A stretch of DNA of 64,000 nucleotides from contig NC_042998.1 in NCBI RefSeq assembly GCF_006345805.1, positions 165,726,001-165,790,000 on the forward strand. The letters are read 5' to 3'. Source of the DNA: Octopus sinensis (taxonomy: Eukaryota). The translations under genes were made by a program, and so were the position numbers. The notes beneath the pieces are model-generated. The model was not told where the DNA came from. It ran no database searches and worked only from the letters and a program-made list of their open reading frames with translations. The number at the start of each line of letters is the position of its first letter. Position 1 is the stretch's first letter. Below are positions 48,447-62,060 of the stretch, piece after piece.

Positions 48447-50233
48447 AAAAGAAAAGTAATGGAGCAGTAATTAACAATGATAAGTTGATCATTGGTATTA
48501 CAAAGTCATTATTTAATTGTAGTTCAGAACCATTTACAGATGTTTCTGTTTATCAAATCAAGGTAAATTTGCATTTATCTCATTCAACTTAAACATCATC
48601 AGAATGATTTAGAGGAATATAAATAGGAGAAAAGGGAAAATAAAGGAAAAGGAAAAAGCAAAAAGAAAAGGAAAAAGTTCATTAAGTCTTTAGGCTTATA
48701 TTTTAGTGACTTCTTGGGTTTCATGTGTGTGTATATTTCTTCAATTAGATGAATGGAGCAGTAAGTGGGGAAAATGACTAATTGACCGGTGGTGTTAGTT
48801 GAAGGAATTATACCTCGTGGAGATATCTGGTGTTATTAATTGTAATATATAATATTGTTTGTGACCACTAGGTTAGTCCCTATGATTACAAATAATGCCC
48901 TTGTTAAAAACTAATGAAGCTTCTTAAATTTAGTACTACATAATGTATATATATGGGCTATGTAAAGGAATAATAAAAAAAAAAGATAAAGAGTACACAA
49001 AAATCAATAAAAATATAATGTGTTATGTGAGTCAGCAATCCAGCTTTAAAGTTAATATATTATCAAGGATTATACACCCTAGTGTATAATGTAGATTTTA
49101 AATAGATAGTTTGGTTAATCTGGGTACTTTAATTTAATTTAAATTGCGCTGTGATGTTAAATTATGCTCTATGCCTAGTGGGATGGTTCAGGGAGGTAAT
49201 AAGGCATTAGGTAGGTCAGCTAAAAACCTGTAATGTGGGTATTAGCGGTATTTAGAGAATAAGAATTTATCTTTATGCAAACGTTATATTTTTCTTGTCT
49301 TGTTTATTAAGTAATTCTGATTTGGCCATTAAAATGAAGAATTTCTCATTTATGCATAAATTACAGCAGTTATTATTAAGGTTATATGAAGATGCTTTGG
49401 CTAGGATACGCCATTCTAATCTATAATTAATGTTTCAGCTCCCAGATGTAACCACTAAGTCCTGTAGAGTTTGTTTTACTTCTATTTCTGAAACTTGAGT
49501 GATGGGAATTATATCTAAGTTTCATTTCATTTTTATTTGCTCCAGGATAAGTTTTCTTGTAATTATTTGAGAGTACATCACATTAGTATATTACGTTTTT
49601 AGTTTTACATTTCTTTAAGAATTCACAAGTATTTTTATCACTGCAGCCACATAGATTAGTAAGATAGTCTGTGCCTATGATATGTTGAGGGGGATTATTA
49701 TTTATAAGGTGGTTGTACGAATCTTTAGAGGGCGAGTTATTTGGGGAATCACTTATTATATCAATCAATTGATTGTTGTGTTTTTTATTGCTATTCTTTC
49801 TAGTTTCACAGAAGGCATCTAGCTTTTTATTGTTGATAGAGACTATAATAGTAGCTAGGTTGCTAGTTAGGCTATGGCCTACTCTAATTTTATTGCTAAA
49901 GATTTTTGAGTATTTGGTATTCATATCAAAGTGCTTATTTATAAGTCTGATAACTCCTTATCTCAAACACCGGTTAACTAGTCATTTTCCCCACTTACTA
50001 CTCCATTCATCTAACTGAAGAAACGTACACACACGTGGAACCCAAAAAGTCACTAAAATGTAAGCCTAAAGACTTAACGCACTTTTTCGTTTTCCTTTCT
50101 TTTCTTTTTTCTCCTATTTATATTCCTCTAAATCATACTGACGATGTTTGCTAAATTGAATGAGATAAATTAACTATGACTTTTTAATACCAATGATCAA
50201 CTTCTCATTGTTAATTACTGCTTCATTTCTTTT
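48447..50233 (-). mobile_element. 5'-truncated Penelope-like element (GIY-YIG region) bounded by inverted terminal repeats (48447-48810 and 49950-50233)
   Basis: Minus strand gives LCGCSDKNTCEFLKKCKTKNVIY*C...KKTYPGA..., then ...STGLSGYIWEL and CNLCINEKFFIL, typical of PLE endonuclease. The flanks are diverged reverse complements. Confidence 0.85.
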
Positions 50234-50237
50234 AAGT

Positions 50238-51194
50238 TGGACCTAAGAAGCATCAGTTGTGGTGTGCAAGAGAGACGATTGCGCTGGTATGGTCATGTGG
50301 CGAGAATGAAGATAGCTGTGTGAAAAAGTGCCACACCCTAGCAGTTGAGGGAACCTGTGGAAGAGGTAGACCCAGGAAAACCTGGGACGAGGTGGTGAAG
50401 CACAACCTTCGAACTTTAGGCCTCACCGAGGCAATGACTAGTGACCGAGACCTTTGGAAATATGGTGTGCATGAGAAGACCCGGCAAGAGAAGTGAGACC
50501 ATAACCCATGGCCTTTACCAGGGATGTAGCCAGCCCACTTATGCATACCTTTCCTTCTTTGGACACAAAACTCTGCTTGCGAAGACCTGTTGAGGCAAGC
50601 GAAATCAAAATTGAATTCGAAATCGAACCAAATTCGACGACTGACACCCATGCCAACCTCCCTTCATTGGACACTAAACTCTGCTTGCGAAGACCTGTTG
50701 GGGCAAGTGAAATTGAAATTGAACCTAATTCGATGACTGGCACCCATGCCAGTGGAGCGCTAACAGATCCATCCGAGTGGGATCACTGCCAGAGCAGCTG
50801 TCTGGCTTCCGTGCCAGTGGGCATGTAAAAAGCACCATCTGAGCATGATCGTTACCAGCGTCACCTTACTGGCACTTGTGCCAATGGCAGGTGAATAAAA
50901 CATTCAAGTGAGGTCGTTGCCAGTGCCGCTGGACTGACTCCTGTGCAGGTGGCATGTAAAAAACACCATTTTGAGCGTGGCTGTTACCAGTACCGCTAGA
51001 CTAACCCTCGTGCAAGTGGCATGTAAAAGCTCCCACTACACTCTCAGAGTGGTTGGCATTAGGAAGGGCATCCAGCTGTAGAAACTCTGCCAGATCAGAT
51101 TGGAGCCTGGTGCAGCCATCTGGTTTTCTAGTCCTCGGTCAAATCATCCAACCCATGCTAGCATGGAAAGCGGGCGTTAAAGGATGATGATGAT
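50238..51194 (+). mobile_element. 3' end of an RTE-clade LINE with its repeat-rich 3' UTR and (GAT)n tail
   Basis: RRLRWYGHVARM...VKKCHTLAVEGTCGRGRPRKTWDEVV...DRDLW. Duplicated unit of about 100 bp at 50550-50750, units of about 55 bp at 50800-51030, and a CCAACCCATGCTAGCATGGAAAGC...GATGATGAT end. Confidence 0.9.
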
Positions 51195-52924
51195 ATATAT
51201 AGGAAACCAACACCATCATGAGAAAAAAAAACAGTGATCACAGCATAGTACAAGCATGCTGCAAATGGCAGGATAAGTGAATGAGTGGATGGGTGGTTTT
51301 TATGTATATATTTATATCATCTGCTAATATTATGGGGAAAACAGTTAACTATCAGTCCTTTGTGTCTATTTAAGGATTTTGGAGCCATTTCTCCAGATTA
51401 ATACAACAAAAGTATTTCTGTTTATAAAGTATTTCTACTTAAATCTCTTATTGGTTGACTAATGACTATACTATGCATTTTACAAAGTGAAGCTACAATA
51501 CTTCTCATACACCCATCAGGTCCATAAAAACACTCAGTTATTTTCATATCCTGGCTTAAAGGCTTTCAAAATCCAAAAGTTATTCCCTTGAGTTTTTTTT
51601 TTTTTTCCTCTCTTACTCTGATGCAAATCTTCTTTCCAATATCTAAGAAGCATACACTCTTTCAACATTATCATTTATTTCACTCAGAAATGTCAAATAT
51701 ATGCATTGAATTCATAGTCTATTGGAAAGATGCCAAAATATGTGACATATGTTTTGACAATTGTCAAAAATTCTTCTTCCACTAGCTTTACTGGTAACAG
51801 ATTTCTTTAGATGTATCATATTTCTTACATACCTATTTTGACTCTTTATCATTAATCCCAAATGAAATGGTTTAAAGATTTTTTTTTTATAAGTGTGATC
51901 ACCTCAGTGCATAGCTATACTACATAACGTATCAGACTAGGTAAAACAAGATTTAAAGGGATAGGAATAAATTTAGAGCAACTTTTGATAACAGCGTTTG
52001 TAACATTATGTAAACTGCTAGCTGTGATAGATATGGAAATAAAACCATTTTGATCTTTCAGAAGGTCAAATTTAACAGATTTAGAATTAATGTTATGAGC
52101 AGCAAAAGAAAGAAAGTAATAAATTTTTTTGTTCATCCTTTAGAATATAAAAGCAGAAATATATTTATATAAATGTCAGCTTCTGACCAATGAAATCTAA
52201 TTATTCCAACATGATTTTTAACAGATATAATGTTAGAAGTAGGATAATGGTGGAAATAATTTTAGTATATTCTATATATATAATAAATGAAAGAAAATTG
52301 AAAGCTAAGGTAACTGAGTGAGGAAAGTAGATATAAAAAAAGAGCACAGTAACAAACTGATATTAGAAATATAAGTTATTAAAGATGAAAGGAAAATAGA
52401 GTATAGCATCAAACTTTTCATAGGAGCTAAACATATCTCCTCAATTCTTATGAGATATATTAACTTTCAAATGCAGACTAATGTTTTACTTTCTTATAAT
52501 TTTTGTTCTTGTTTTTATTTTGTTTTGTCCAGGCTTCTTCCTGCTATCCATGTATCTGTTACTCAACAAGAATTACTTTAAGGCATTCAATTTTTATTAA
52601 AGTATTCATTACAAGAAACTAAAAATAACTATTAACTAAAAACAAGTATTAACTACCTCTTTAATAAGTAGCTAATGAAAAACAATTAGCTACCACCTAA
52701 TTTCTTAAAAACATTTTCATTTCTTTTTCTGGAGTACTGATCAACTCCTATATTATTCATCACATTTATGCACTAATAACCATAAAAACAGTGTAAGTAT
52801 TCCATTTCTTCCTTTCTATAATCAACTAAATTTACATTTCAATGTAGAGCAATCAGTTGCTCCAATTGTTGGGGCCAAAGAATCTTGCTTAATGAAAACA
52901 CTTCTTTAACATAACTCAGAATGC

Positions 52925-53510
52925 ATCCCAATGACTGGCCCTTTTCTTCATGGCTAGAAGTTACTCCAGTTCCCAACAATTATTGATACTATACAAAGCT
53001 CAGATGAGGTCCACAACAGAGTATTGCACTCACATCTAGAGTAGTACAACGCTGCTGCATGCACACACACATCCTAGACTACATCCAGAAAAGAGCCATT
53101 CACTTGAATGCTAGCTTAAAGTAACTCACTGACATGCATTCCAGCCTCTGACCCATAAGTATACTGTCCCATTTTCTGCCTTCTCTAATGCTACTATAGT
53201 GGCCACTGCCCTTCAGAGTTGCTACTCCATCTTTCATCATCTTTGTTGTGTTTAACCACCACCACCACTCCAAATCCCGCAATCATCACTACACTCAGTT
53301 CTTCTTCCCAAAACATCAGTCCTCTGAAATTCCCTCCCTGCTCATGTCCTTCCCACTGATGTTGACTTAACAAAAATTCAAGAAGAAAATTAATGATATT
53401 AGTTTCACCAATCGAGAGACTATGAAGAGTATGAGCATTGCCCCTGCCTCCTAACTCAGCAATTAGAAAAAATTTTATGAATAAAAGGGATGAACTCAAA
53501 CCTTAAATAA
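52925..53510 (+). mobile_element. Degenerate CR1-like LINE 3' end
   Basis: SSQQLLILYKAQMRSTTEYCTHI...LDYIQKRAIHL and SFFPKTS.L*NSLPAHV.P...KFKKKIN, ending in CCTTAAATAAA. Confidence 0.6.
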
Positions 53511-54459
53511 AGAAATGAAATAGTGATGTATCTTTAACAAAATAGCAGTAACTAAATGAAGAAGAATACTATAAGTAACATTAAAAAAATCATTACACCT
53601 GATGATGAGAAAAGAATGTGACTGCTGAAATCTTGTAACAAATAATAAAGAAGCAGATAATAGAGGATTACTTATTTCTGGGGCTGTAAGTTTTGTCTTG
53701 TGAGCCCATTCTCTCATTTTTTATTTGTTTCGCAAATTGAGCTCTTGAGCTCAATTTTACAGCATGGTACCTTGAGCAAGTGCCTTCTACCATAGCCTTA
53801 AGGTGACCAGTTTGGTAGACAAACTGTACAGAAGCTCTGTGTGTGTATGTGTATGCTCATGCATGCATGCATGCATATGTCTGCATATCTTCATATTACC
53901 ACTGTTTGGACAGCACTTATATGCTTATGTCCTACATAGACAATAAATCTGGCAGCTTGACTGTCCAACATGCAAAACTATGGAATAAAGTGACTTATTG
54001 GAAAATATGGTTAATTGCAATCATAAAGAGCATTTTCCAATCATAGAATACTGCCTCATTATCTTCTCCATACCCACATGGAAAAAGTGAATATAAAAAA
54101 CAATGAAGATGATAAGGAGGCAGATGACAATAATGATGAAGATGATGATGATGACGACAACTATGGGAACAATGATGAGGAGGAATATGAAAAGTAAATT
54201 ATTAGATAAGATGCTGAACAACCATATCTCCATATTATATTTCAGGCATTTTGTTGACATTTTTGCTTAGACAATTGTTCATAACTCAATCTACTTAGCT
54301 AATGAATAGATTCTACACTTCTGAAGAACTTAACTGTAACAGACTCGCATGGTAACCAAAGGGAAATTTCTATTTGACTAACTACTACAGAATTCAGAGC
54401 TGAGCTTCTATGGCTTGTGGAACATTTACTTCTGTAATTATAAACTTATAATTCTTTGT

Positions 54460-54665
54460 AATTTTGGCACAAGGTCAGCAATTTTAAGGGGAAGGGAAAT
54501 CAATTACATTGACCCCCAGGGCTCAATGGTACTTATTTTATCAAACTCAAAAGGATGAAAGTCAAAGTTGACCTCAGCGGAATTTGACCTCAGAATGTAA
54601 TGAATGGGAAGAAATACTGCAATGCATTTTTGTTTCATGTTCTAACAATTCTGCCAGCTCTCTAC
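54460..54665 (-). mobile_element. Family A SINE, CpG-decayed
   Basis: Reverse complement of the core (AAAGGATGAAAGTCAAAGTTGACCTCAGCGGAATTTGA). Confidence 0.8.
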
Positions 54666-55796
54666 CTTCATTTTATAAACTTTTAACACTAGTATATTGT
54701 AGTGATAGTAGTAGTGGCTGTGATAGCAATAACAATGATAATCATTTTGAAATGCTTATAAAGAATCACCTTTAGCCAACATGTTTGTGCTAAAAAGATG
54801 TATAATGTGAAACAGATCTGTCCCACTGGCTTATCTTTCAATGAAATAAGCTTCACATAATTATATACAGATAGGAAATATTTTAACTTAATTCATCTAC
54901 ATTATAGATAAATATGTTAAGAAATTTAAAAACAACATTAAAAATGTTGAAAGAAACTTAAACAGCAAACAAACACAAAGTATGTTCCTGTAGTGATAAG
55001 TCTAGAAGTAGGATGCAAGGATTCAAAGATTCAAACAGAACCATCAGTAAGCTCAGCCAGGTGTATGGCTATCACATAGACAGTAGTTGATTTTAGGGTA
55101 TAAAATTAACCTCACTGCTTGTCTGAAAATTGAGGAATCACTATGGTGGAGACTATATCATAATTTATCAAATTCTCTGAAATTTGACTGGTTTATAAAA
55201 CAAAAAATAACATTTCTGCACAACAGAGCTGATATGAGAAAATGTAAAATGTTTATTTACTATGGTGAATCATAGCTTAGCTGCTTTGATCTGACCACAT
55301 GTCACTGCACATATCCAGATTCCAGAAGTACTAAACAGCATTGATATTTCCATCTGCTTATCTTCAATGACTTATCCTACTGCACTAGTTAAGCATTATC
55401 ACTAGTGATTCCAACTTGATAACATTAACATTGTCTTTCTAAATACATTCCACAAGTTGACTTAAGAAACACACTATGTTGATGATCAACAATGTAAAAT
55501 AACAGAAATTTGATCCTTTAAATCAGTTCAATATTTTCTTAAATGCAAAATCAATATTAAATAAACAGATATAGTTGATTCTATATCTATGCCACTTATG
55601 ATACAATCATTGAAATTATACAACAGTTACATTTCATAACAGTAATGAGGTCTGCCTTGCTTTAACAAACATCTATAAACATCCATATTAGTAAATGCAT
55701 GACTATTTAACAAACCATTACTCTATAAGGAAAAATATCAACTCTGCATGCAAGCCAGTGAAATAATCAAGGAATTATCATTAATCCTTTAATGAA

Positions 55797-56740
55797 TCAT
55801 CATCATCGTCGTTTTACGTCCACTTTCCATACTGGCATGGGTTGGACGGTTTGACTGAGGACTGGTGGGCAAGAGGCTGCACCAGGCTCAATCTGATCTG
55901 GCAAAGTTTCTACAGCTGGATGCACTTCCTAATGCCAACGACTCCGAGAGTGTAGTGGGTGCTTTTACATGCCACCGGCATGAGGGCCAGTCAGGTGGTT
56001 CTGGCAACGACCACGCTCAAAAGGTATTTTTACGTGCTACCTGCATGGCAACCAGTCTGGCAGCACTGGCAACGACCATGCTCGAATGTTGTTTTTCATG
56101 TGCCACCAGCACATGTGCCAGTAACGCGATGCTGGCAATGATTACACTTGAGTGGTGCTTTTCACATGTCACCAGCATGGGAGCCAATCCATGGCCCTGG
56201 CAATGATCATACTCAGATGTGCTTTTAACGTTCCACTGGCACGAGTGCCAATCAGGCAGTACTGTCATCAACCTGGAATGTGACAGAAGCTGTTCTCTGC
56301 ACATTTTCAGTGTTTACAGCACCTGAGCCTTTGCCACATACAAAAACTATCTTCCCAGTTAGCCTCCCTTTGATATTGCTGCACCTCTTATGTGCCCATA
56401 GCTTACACTGGGTACATCTTATGGAGTTTCTATCTATGCCTTTTCTACAAATTGAACAGGGCCATCTACCTTAAGGGATTTGTGGTTTGTCTGCCTTCCT
56501 ACTTATTAAGACTTTGGTTTTAGCTAGGTTAACTTTAAGGCCCTTCAATTCTAATCCTTGCTTCCACACCTGAAACTTTTCCTCTAGTTCTGATAGTGAC
56601 TCAGCAATTAGAGCAAGGTCATCAACATAGAGGAGCTCCCAGGAGCATCCTATCTCTGTTATTGCCTAGAGGACTATGATGAATAAGAGGGTGCTGAGAA
56701 CTGATCCTTGGTGGACTCCTACCCCAACTCGAAATTCTTC
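55797..56740 (-). mobile_element. Internally deleted RTE copy (RT/PHD fragment joined to the 3' tail)
   Basis: 56300-56740 is the reverse complement of about 40530-40980 (WELLYVDDLAL, PCSICRKG...CTQCKLWAHKRC). 55797-56280 is the tandem-unit tail ending in (GAT)n. Confidence 0.85.
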
Positions 56741-58214
56741 TGTGACCCTCTCATCATTCATAAATGGTGAGATATGAGCATAATGTTGGAAACTGTAAGA
56801 GAAAACACTACCTTTCCAAAATTTAATTCAAGCTTAAATCATCAATTATTTAATGAAATCTAAATTTTCGTTTTAGAACATTACCTCTCATCAATAGATT
56901 ATTGTCATTTTCAGATATAAAAATAAAAATTACAGTTACACTACTATTACTGATAGTAATTAGTATTATTATTTTTATCTACAGATAACTATTTTTAAAA
57001 CAAAAGCATCAATAATGTTGATAATATTAACAACAGCAAGATTAGATCATGTACTGACTTCCTTTTAAAATGTGAAGAAATTTATCAGAAAATGCTTCAG
57101 AAATTAGGAGCAAGCTACTTGGAAGATATTTTCCTACAATCAAAGTATACTATATTTTCTTTCATAGCAAGATAAGAAATTGTATCTTATATCAGTAAAA
57201 CAAAGAGAAAGAAAGGAAATGGTAAGCTAGTTATTTCCTGGTATTTAGTAGTCATAGTAATAGGAAGATATTAATAATTATCTGATACCATCACATTTAC
57301 GTCTTCAACCAAGCTAATGTTGTAGAACGAAAAAAATTCATGTGTTGATAACATATCTGAACACCTAATTATCTGTAAAATTTAGAGCCCAGCTACATGA
57401 CTCACAAAACTATTTTAAAAGAACTTTCCATTCATTTTAATGGATATCTGCATAATTTTTTCTGGTCAACAACTTTTCATGGTTCTCTCCAACAAGATAA
57501 CAATGACAATGGATGGTTAACATTTGTCTTAACCCTTTACCATTCAGATTACTCTTTCAAATATAATTCACGTTGTTTTAAACTCATCATGCAATATCTC
57601 ATACCTTTGAGATTTTGATGATGTAATTGTATACTTTTAGTATGACATTGTAAGGTAGGTTTGAACATAAAACATGTAGAATAATTGGGTCAGATATGGC
57701 CAGTTTAAATGCTGAAAGATTAAATTGTTTCAGATTCATTGTTGAGGGAAGACAAGGACAGAAAGAAAGTGCCAAAGAAGATCCAGTTATGAGGAGAGAG
57801 TACAGGGTGAGAGATGTGAATTTAAGAAAAGTTGAATACTGTCAATGGGTCTAAGTTGAGATATAAAAGTGACAAGTTCAGAACAGATACCAATGATGTA
57901 GCAAATAAAGAATACTACACAATTAGTTGTAAAGTATTTCAAAGTTGAATGTGGTCTAGAATGAATGATTAAAATTAATTTTATTTTATTTTTATTAATA
58001 ATTTTACAGTTTTTTTTTTACATAAATTCTATTCTGCTTTGAGTTAAAGGGCTTAAAAAATCAAGTATATACATGACTACTGAAGCATTTTGTTTCACTA
58101 AAATATCCTCTCTCTGTTGCCATCCTTGCAACAGCAGAGTGGTATATATGATAGCTGGTTTACAGTTTGGTTAACCAGGGATAAATAAATAAAATAATTC
58201 TTTTTACTGTAGGT

Positions 58215-58400
58215 AAAAAGCATGAAATTTTGGAGGAAGGAGCAAGTCGATTGACCACAGAACTTAACTAGTACATGTTTCATCAACACAAAAGGGATGA
58301 AAGGTAATGTCGACTTCAGCGGAATTTGAACTGAGAACATAAAACTGGAAGAAATGCCACTAAGCATTTTGTCTGGCATGCAAATGATTCTGCCAGCAGA
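58215..58400 (-). mobile_element. Family A SINE, CpG-decayed
   Basis: Reverse complement of head and core. Confidence 0.75.
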
Positions 58401-58789
58401 GATAAAGGTTGCAAATTCTTGAACTAACAAGAATTACCAAATAAATGTGTAATGATTACCAGAACTATGCACCAAATCAGTGTTGTTTAACTAATTTAAT
58501 GACAAGATTGGGAAATATTCGGTGCAACAGTAACAAACACATTTAATATGGATTGGTGACAGAGGTTTATATAAATATATAAGACACGTATCTTTTATGT
58601 ATTGGAAACAAGATGGTACTTCCTGTACACTAATTCAATATTCTTTAACTATTACCATCACCAAAGCTACAGTCTATACAAATAGACAGTAGGATCTGCA
58701 AAACCATTAAATTTCCATATAACCTTGAAAACATTTTATATACATGAACAATCAGCTTTGATATCAATATTACAGAGATTGTAATATTA

Positions 58790-59053
58790 GACATGCATAC
58801 ATATATGTATTCTTTCATTCTTTTACTTGTTTCAGTCACTGAACTGTGGCCATGCTACGACACCACCTTGAAAGGTTTAGTCAGACATATCAACCTCAGT
58901 GCATATTTTAAGTTTGGCAATTATTCTATCAATCTCTATTTTTATTTATTTATTTATTTTGCCAAACTGATAAGTTACAAGGACATAAACTAACCAACTC
59001 TGGTTGTTAAGCATTGGTGAAACAAACACAAATACACACAAACACACACACAT

Positions 59054-59102
<49 letters not shown>

Positions 59103-59135
59103 ACGTAGTTCAGAAGTGAGCTTCTTAACCACACA
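58790..59135 (-). mobile_element. Family B SINE remnant
   Basis: TTTTACTTGTTTCAGTCA...GGCCATGCT tail and CTTCTTAACCACACAGCC head, both in reverse. Confidence 0.7.
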
Positions 59136-59280
59136 GCCATAACTGCACACACACCTGTTTGTGTGAAGGCACATCACTATAGACAAATCATCTGTGTGGT
59201 TGTTCAGCAAGAAATTGTAGAACTTTCAACTGTCATCTAACAACAGGAGAGTCTGTAATGTGTGTGTGTGTGTGTGTGTG

Positions 59281-59900
59281 TAGGTGTGGTTGTGTGGTAA
59301 GAAATTTGCTTCCCAACTATCATCATCATCATCATCATTTAACATCTGCTTTCTAATGCTGACATGGGTTGGATGGTTTGACTGAGGACTGGCAAGCCAG
59401 GCGTCTGCACCAGGCTCCAGTCTGATCTGGCAACATTTCTACAGATGGATGCCCTTCCTAATGCCAACCATTCCAAGGGTGTAGTGCATGCTTTTTACAT
59501 GCCACTGGCATGGGGGCCAGTCAGGCAGCACTGACATCAACCACACTCAAATGGTGCTTTTTATATGCAGTTCTGGACAAGTGTTTTCTCCAATGGCCTT
59601 GAGCCAACCAAGGCCTTGTGAGTGGATTTGGTAAGCAGAAACTGAAAGAAGCCCATTGTGTGTGTGTGTGTTGTGTGTGTGTGTGTGTGTGTGTGCGCGC
59701 GCATGTGTGTGTGTGTGTGTCTTTGTGTTTGTATTGGTTTGTTTACAACTTTATAATTCAACAGTTTGGCAAAAGAGACCAGAAGAATAGGTGCCAAACT
59801 CAAAAAAATAAGTACCAGGGTTGATTTATTCAATTAAACCTTTCAAAGTGGCGGCCCAATATGGCAGCAGTCCAATGACTGAAACAAGTAAAAGATATGA
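59281..59900 (+). mobile_element. Family B SINE interrupted by an antisense RTE-tail element (about 59320-59570)
   Basis: Head GGTGTGGTTGTGTGGTAAG...CCCAAC, then (CAT)n...GGATGCCCTTCCTAATGCCAACC, then the family B body resumes (GGACAAGTG...CCTTGTGAGTGGATTTGG). Confidence 0.75.
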
Positions 59901-60233
59901 GCAAAATATAATACTGAAGTCACCCAGTGGTACAGTTTATGCAACAAATAACAACAGAATTCTGAATGCAAAGAAATCGAATGACTACAACCAAAACCCA
60001 AGTCAATTTTGCTAAGCTATTTGTCAATGAAATGAATGCTCACAAAATAATTGTATTGCATATCTCAAATGAAAAGAGTGACTGCTATTAAAAGAATTTT
60101 TACAAGATTTCAATGAATGGATCTAAATTTCAAAAAGACTCAACTCTGTCATGCAAAACTGCTAAGCAACACATTCTAAAGGTATAAATTCTACCATAAC
60201 AAGAGCATTTCAAAAGAACTGATGCCTCAATGG

Positions 60234-60270
<37 letters not shown>

Positions 60271-61704
60271 TAGAGCAATCATAATGGTGATGACAATGGT
60301 ACCAGACATAAATATTATGTACAATGGAACTATAATCAGAATAAAATTCCATGCACAGAAAATAGTACATGCAGACACTATCTCAATGCTGACATACTAA
60401 CAGAAAAAGAAAAAGTTCACAAGAAAACACTATGGTAATGGTGGTGGATGTGGTGGTGGAGGTGGTGGCTGGTGGAATCAATAGTATGGCTATAAAGAGG
60501 AGAGCTAAAGGGCCACAGCAAAGGGTTTGGCAAAGAAAACCAACATTAGAGCAGGACACTTCATATTTTAATCATTAATGTTGTTTGCTTGTTTTTTCTC
60601 CATTTTTTTTTATAATGAAACAAAAGACATCATAAGAATTTAGAAACTTTTGATATGAAATAGCTCTTTTTTGGAACAGTGAATCTTGAAGTACATTAAG
60701 CTATAAATAATAGCATGTAAATATCAGGCTAAAAAAAACCTTTAATAAGCCTTTGAATTTTTATATCCAAAGGGTTTTTTTAAAGCTAATATTATTTTAC
60801 AGGCTATTATTTATAGCTTAATGTGTTTCAAGATTCCCCATTCCAAAACCAAGACATCATTTTTCAGGATGAAATAGGGGGTCATAAATGTAGGTTTAAA
60901 TCATAGATGACAATTTCTTAAATAGACATCAGCAACAATAATCATAATGTTGATTAAGATTATTTAAAAAGTATAAGATCTGTGAGGAAAAGGGTAAAGA
61001 ATTATGTGATATTTTGTAAGTGGCAAGAGGCATTTCTAAAAACAAAAAAAAAAAACTCACTACCAGAATAATAAAATTCATAAAATAAGTTTCTGTGTCA
61101 AGAGGAGTGGTAAATACTAATTTTTTTGTATATTCTATTACCTTTTTTTTTCATTTTTTTTTTACCTGAAGACAGCTATCATTAGTTTCCTCACGTTTTA
61201 CATTTTTCTGTACTAATTAATCTATATATCTAAACAACTCCCCACATTCTTCTGACAAAATACAGTAATATTGCCTCTAACTTACCAGTAAGTACTCTGA
61301 ATAGCTATTATAAACAGCAAATTTGGCCCTCTTCTAACTGAAAGGCAGTGTATGAAAGTATAAAACAGTCTCTAGTAATTTGTAGGTATAAAGACCTTGC
61401 CTTGTCCAAAGAGAGTAAGACAAAATCAATCAAAGATGCTGTAAAACAATTCAAGAGTGCTGAGTTAAAAGTCTACCAACTAAATGAGTCTGTATTTAAT
61501 ATATAAATACATTTAAATCATACGAAATCAATATAAACATATGAAACTTTAGGTTTATAAGAAAGATAAAGTTCAAAGAAGGAATATTAAATTTATATTC
61601 CAAGAAAAATATATTTAGATAAAGTGACTCCAACTCCAGTAATTCAGTCCTTTGAACATCATTCACTAATAATAAAAATAGTAATTAATAATTTTAGAAC
61701 AGTG

Positions 61705-62060
61705 AAAGATGGTAAGCTTGCAGAATCATTACCATACCAGGCAAAATGCTTAGCAGCATTTCATCCATTTTCACATTTGGGGTTCAGATTCTGCTGAGGT
61801 CGACTTTGCCTTTCATCCTTTCAGGAATAAAATAAGTACCAGATGAACACTGGGATTAAGTCAGAAGCACTGAGTTGGCAAAATTGTTAGAGCTTAGTGG
61901 TATTTTTTCTGACTCATTGCATTCTGAGTTCAAATTCCACCAAGGTCATCTTTGCTGTTCATCTATCCAGGGTTGATAAAATGAACAACCCATCAAATAA
62001 TGAGACTGATGTAACCAACTAGCTCCCTTCCACAAATTTCAGGCCTTGTGCCAATGCTAG
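61705..62060 (+). mobile_element. Tandem pair of decayed family A SINEs
   Basis: Two heads and cores (GAGGTCGACTTTGCCTTTCATCC and AAGGTCATCTTTGCTGTTCATC). The second ends in a GGCCTTGTGCC..TGCTAGAAAC tail. Confidence 0.75.

Noticed and set aside
53734-53757. Perfect 24-bp palindrome AAATTGAGCTC-TT-GAGCTCAATTT
   Set aside because: Short, single, and at the broken 5' edge of a SINE fragment. Probably a repair or template-switch scar, with no evidence of function.
61286-61438. Minus-strand AG...GTAAGT segment considered as the missing ARL6IP1 exon 2
   Set aside because: All three frames contain stops, and the shorter 52-nt version (RRGPNLLFIIAIQSTY) lacks the conserved W-E/D and P residues.
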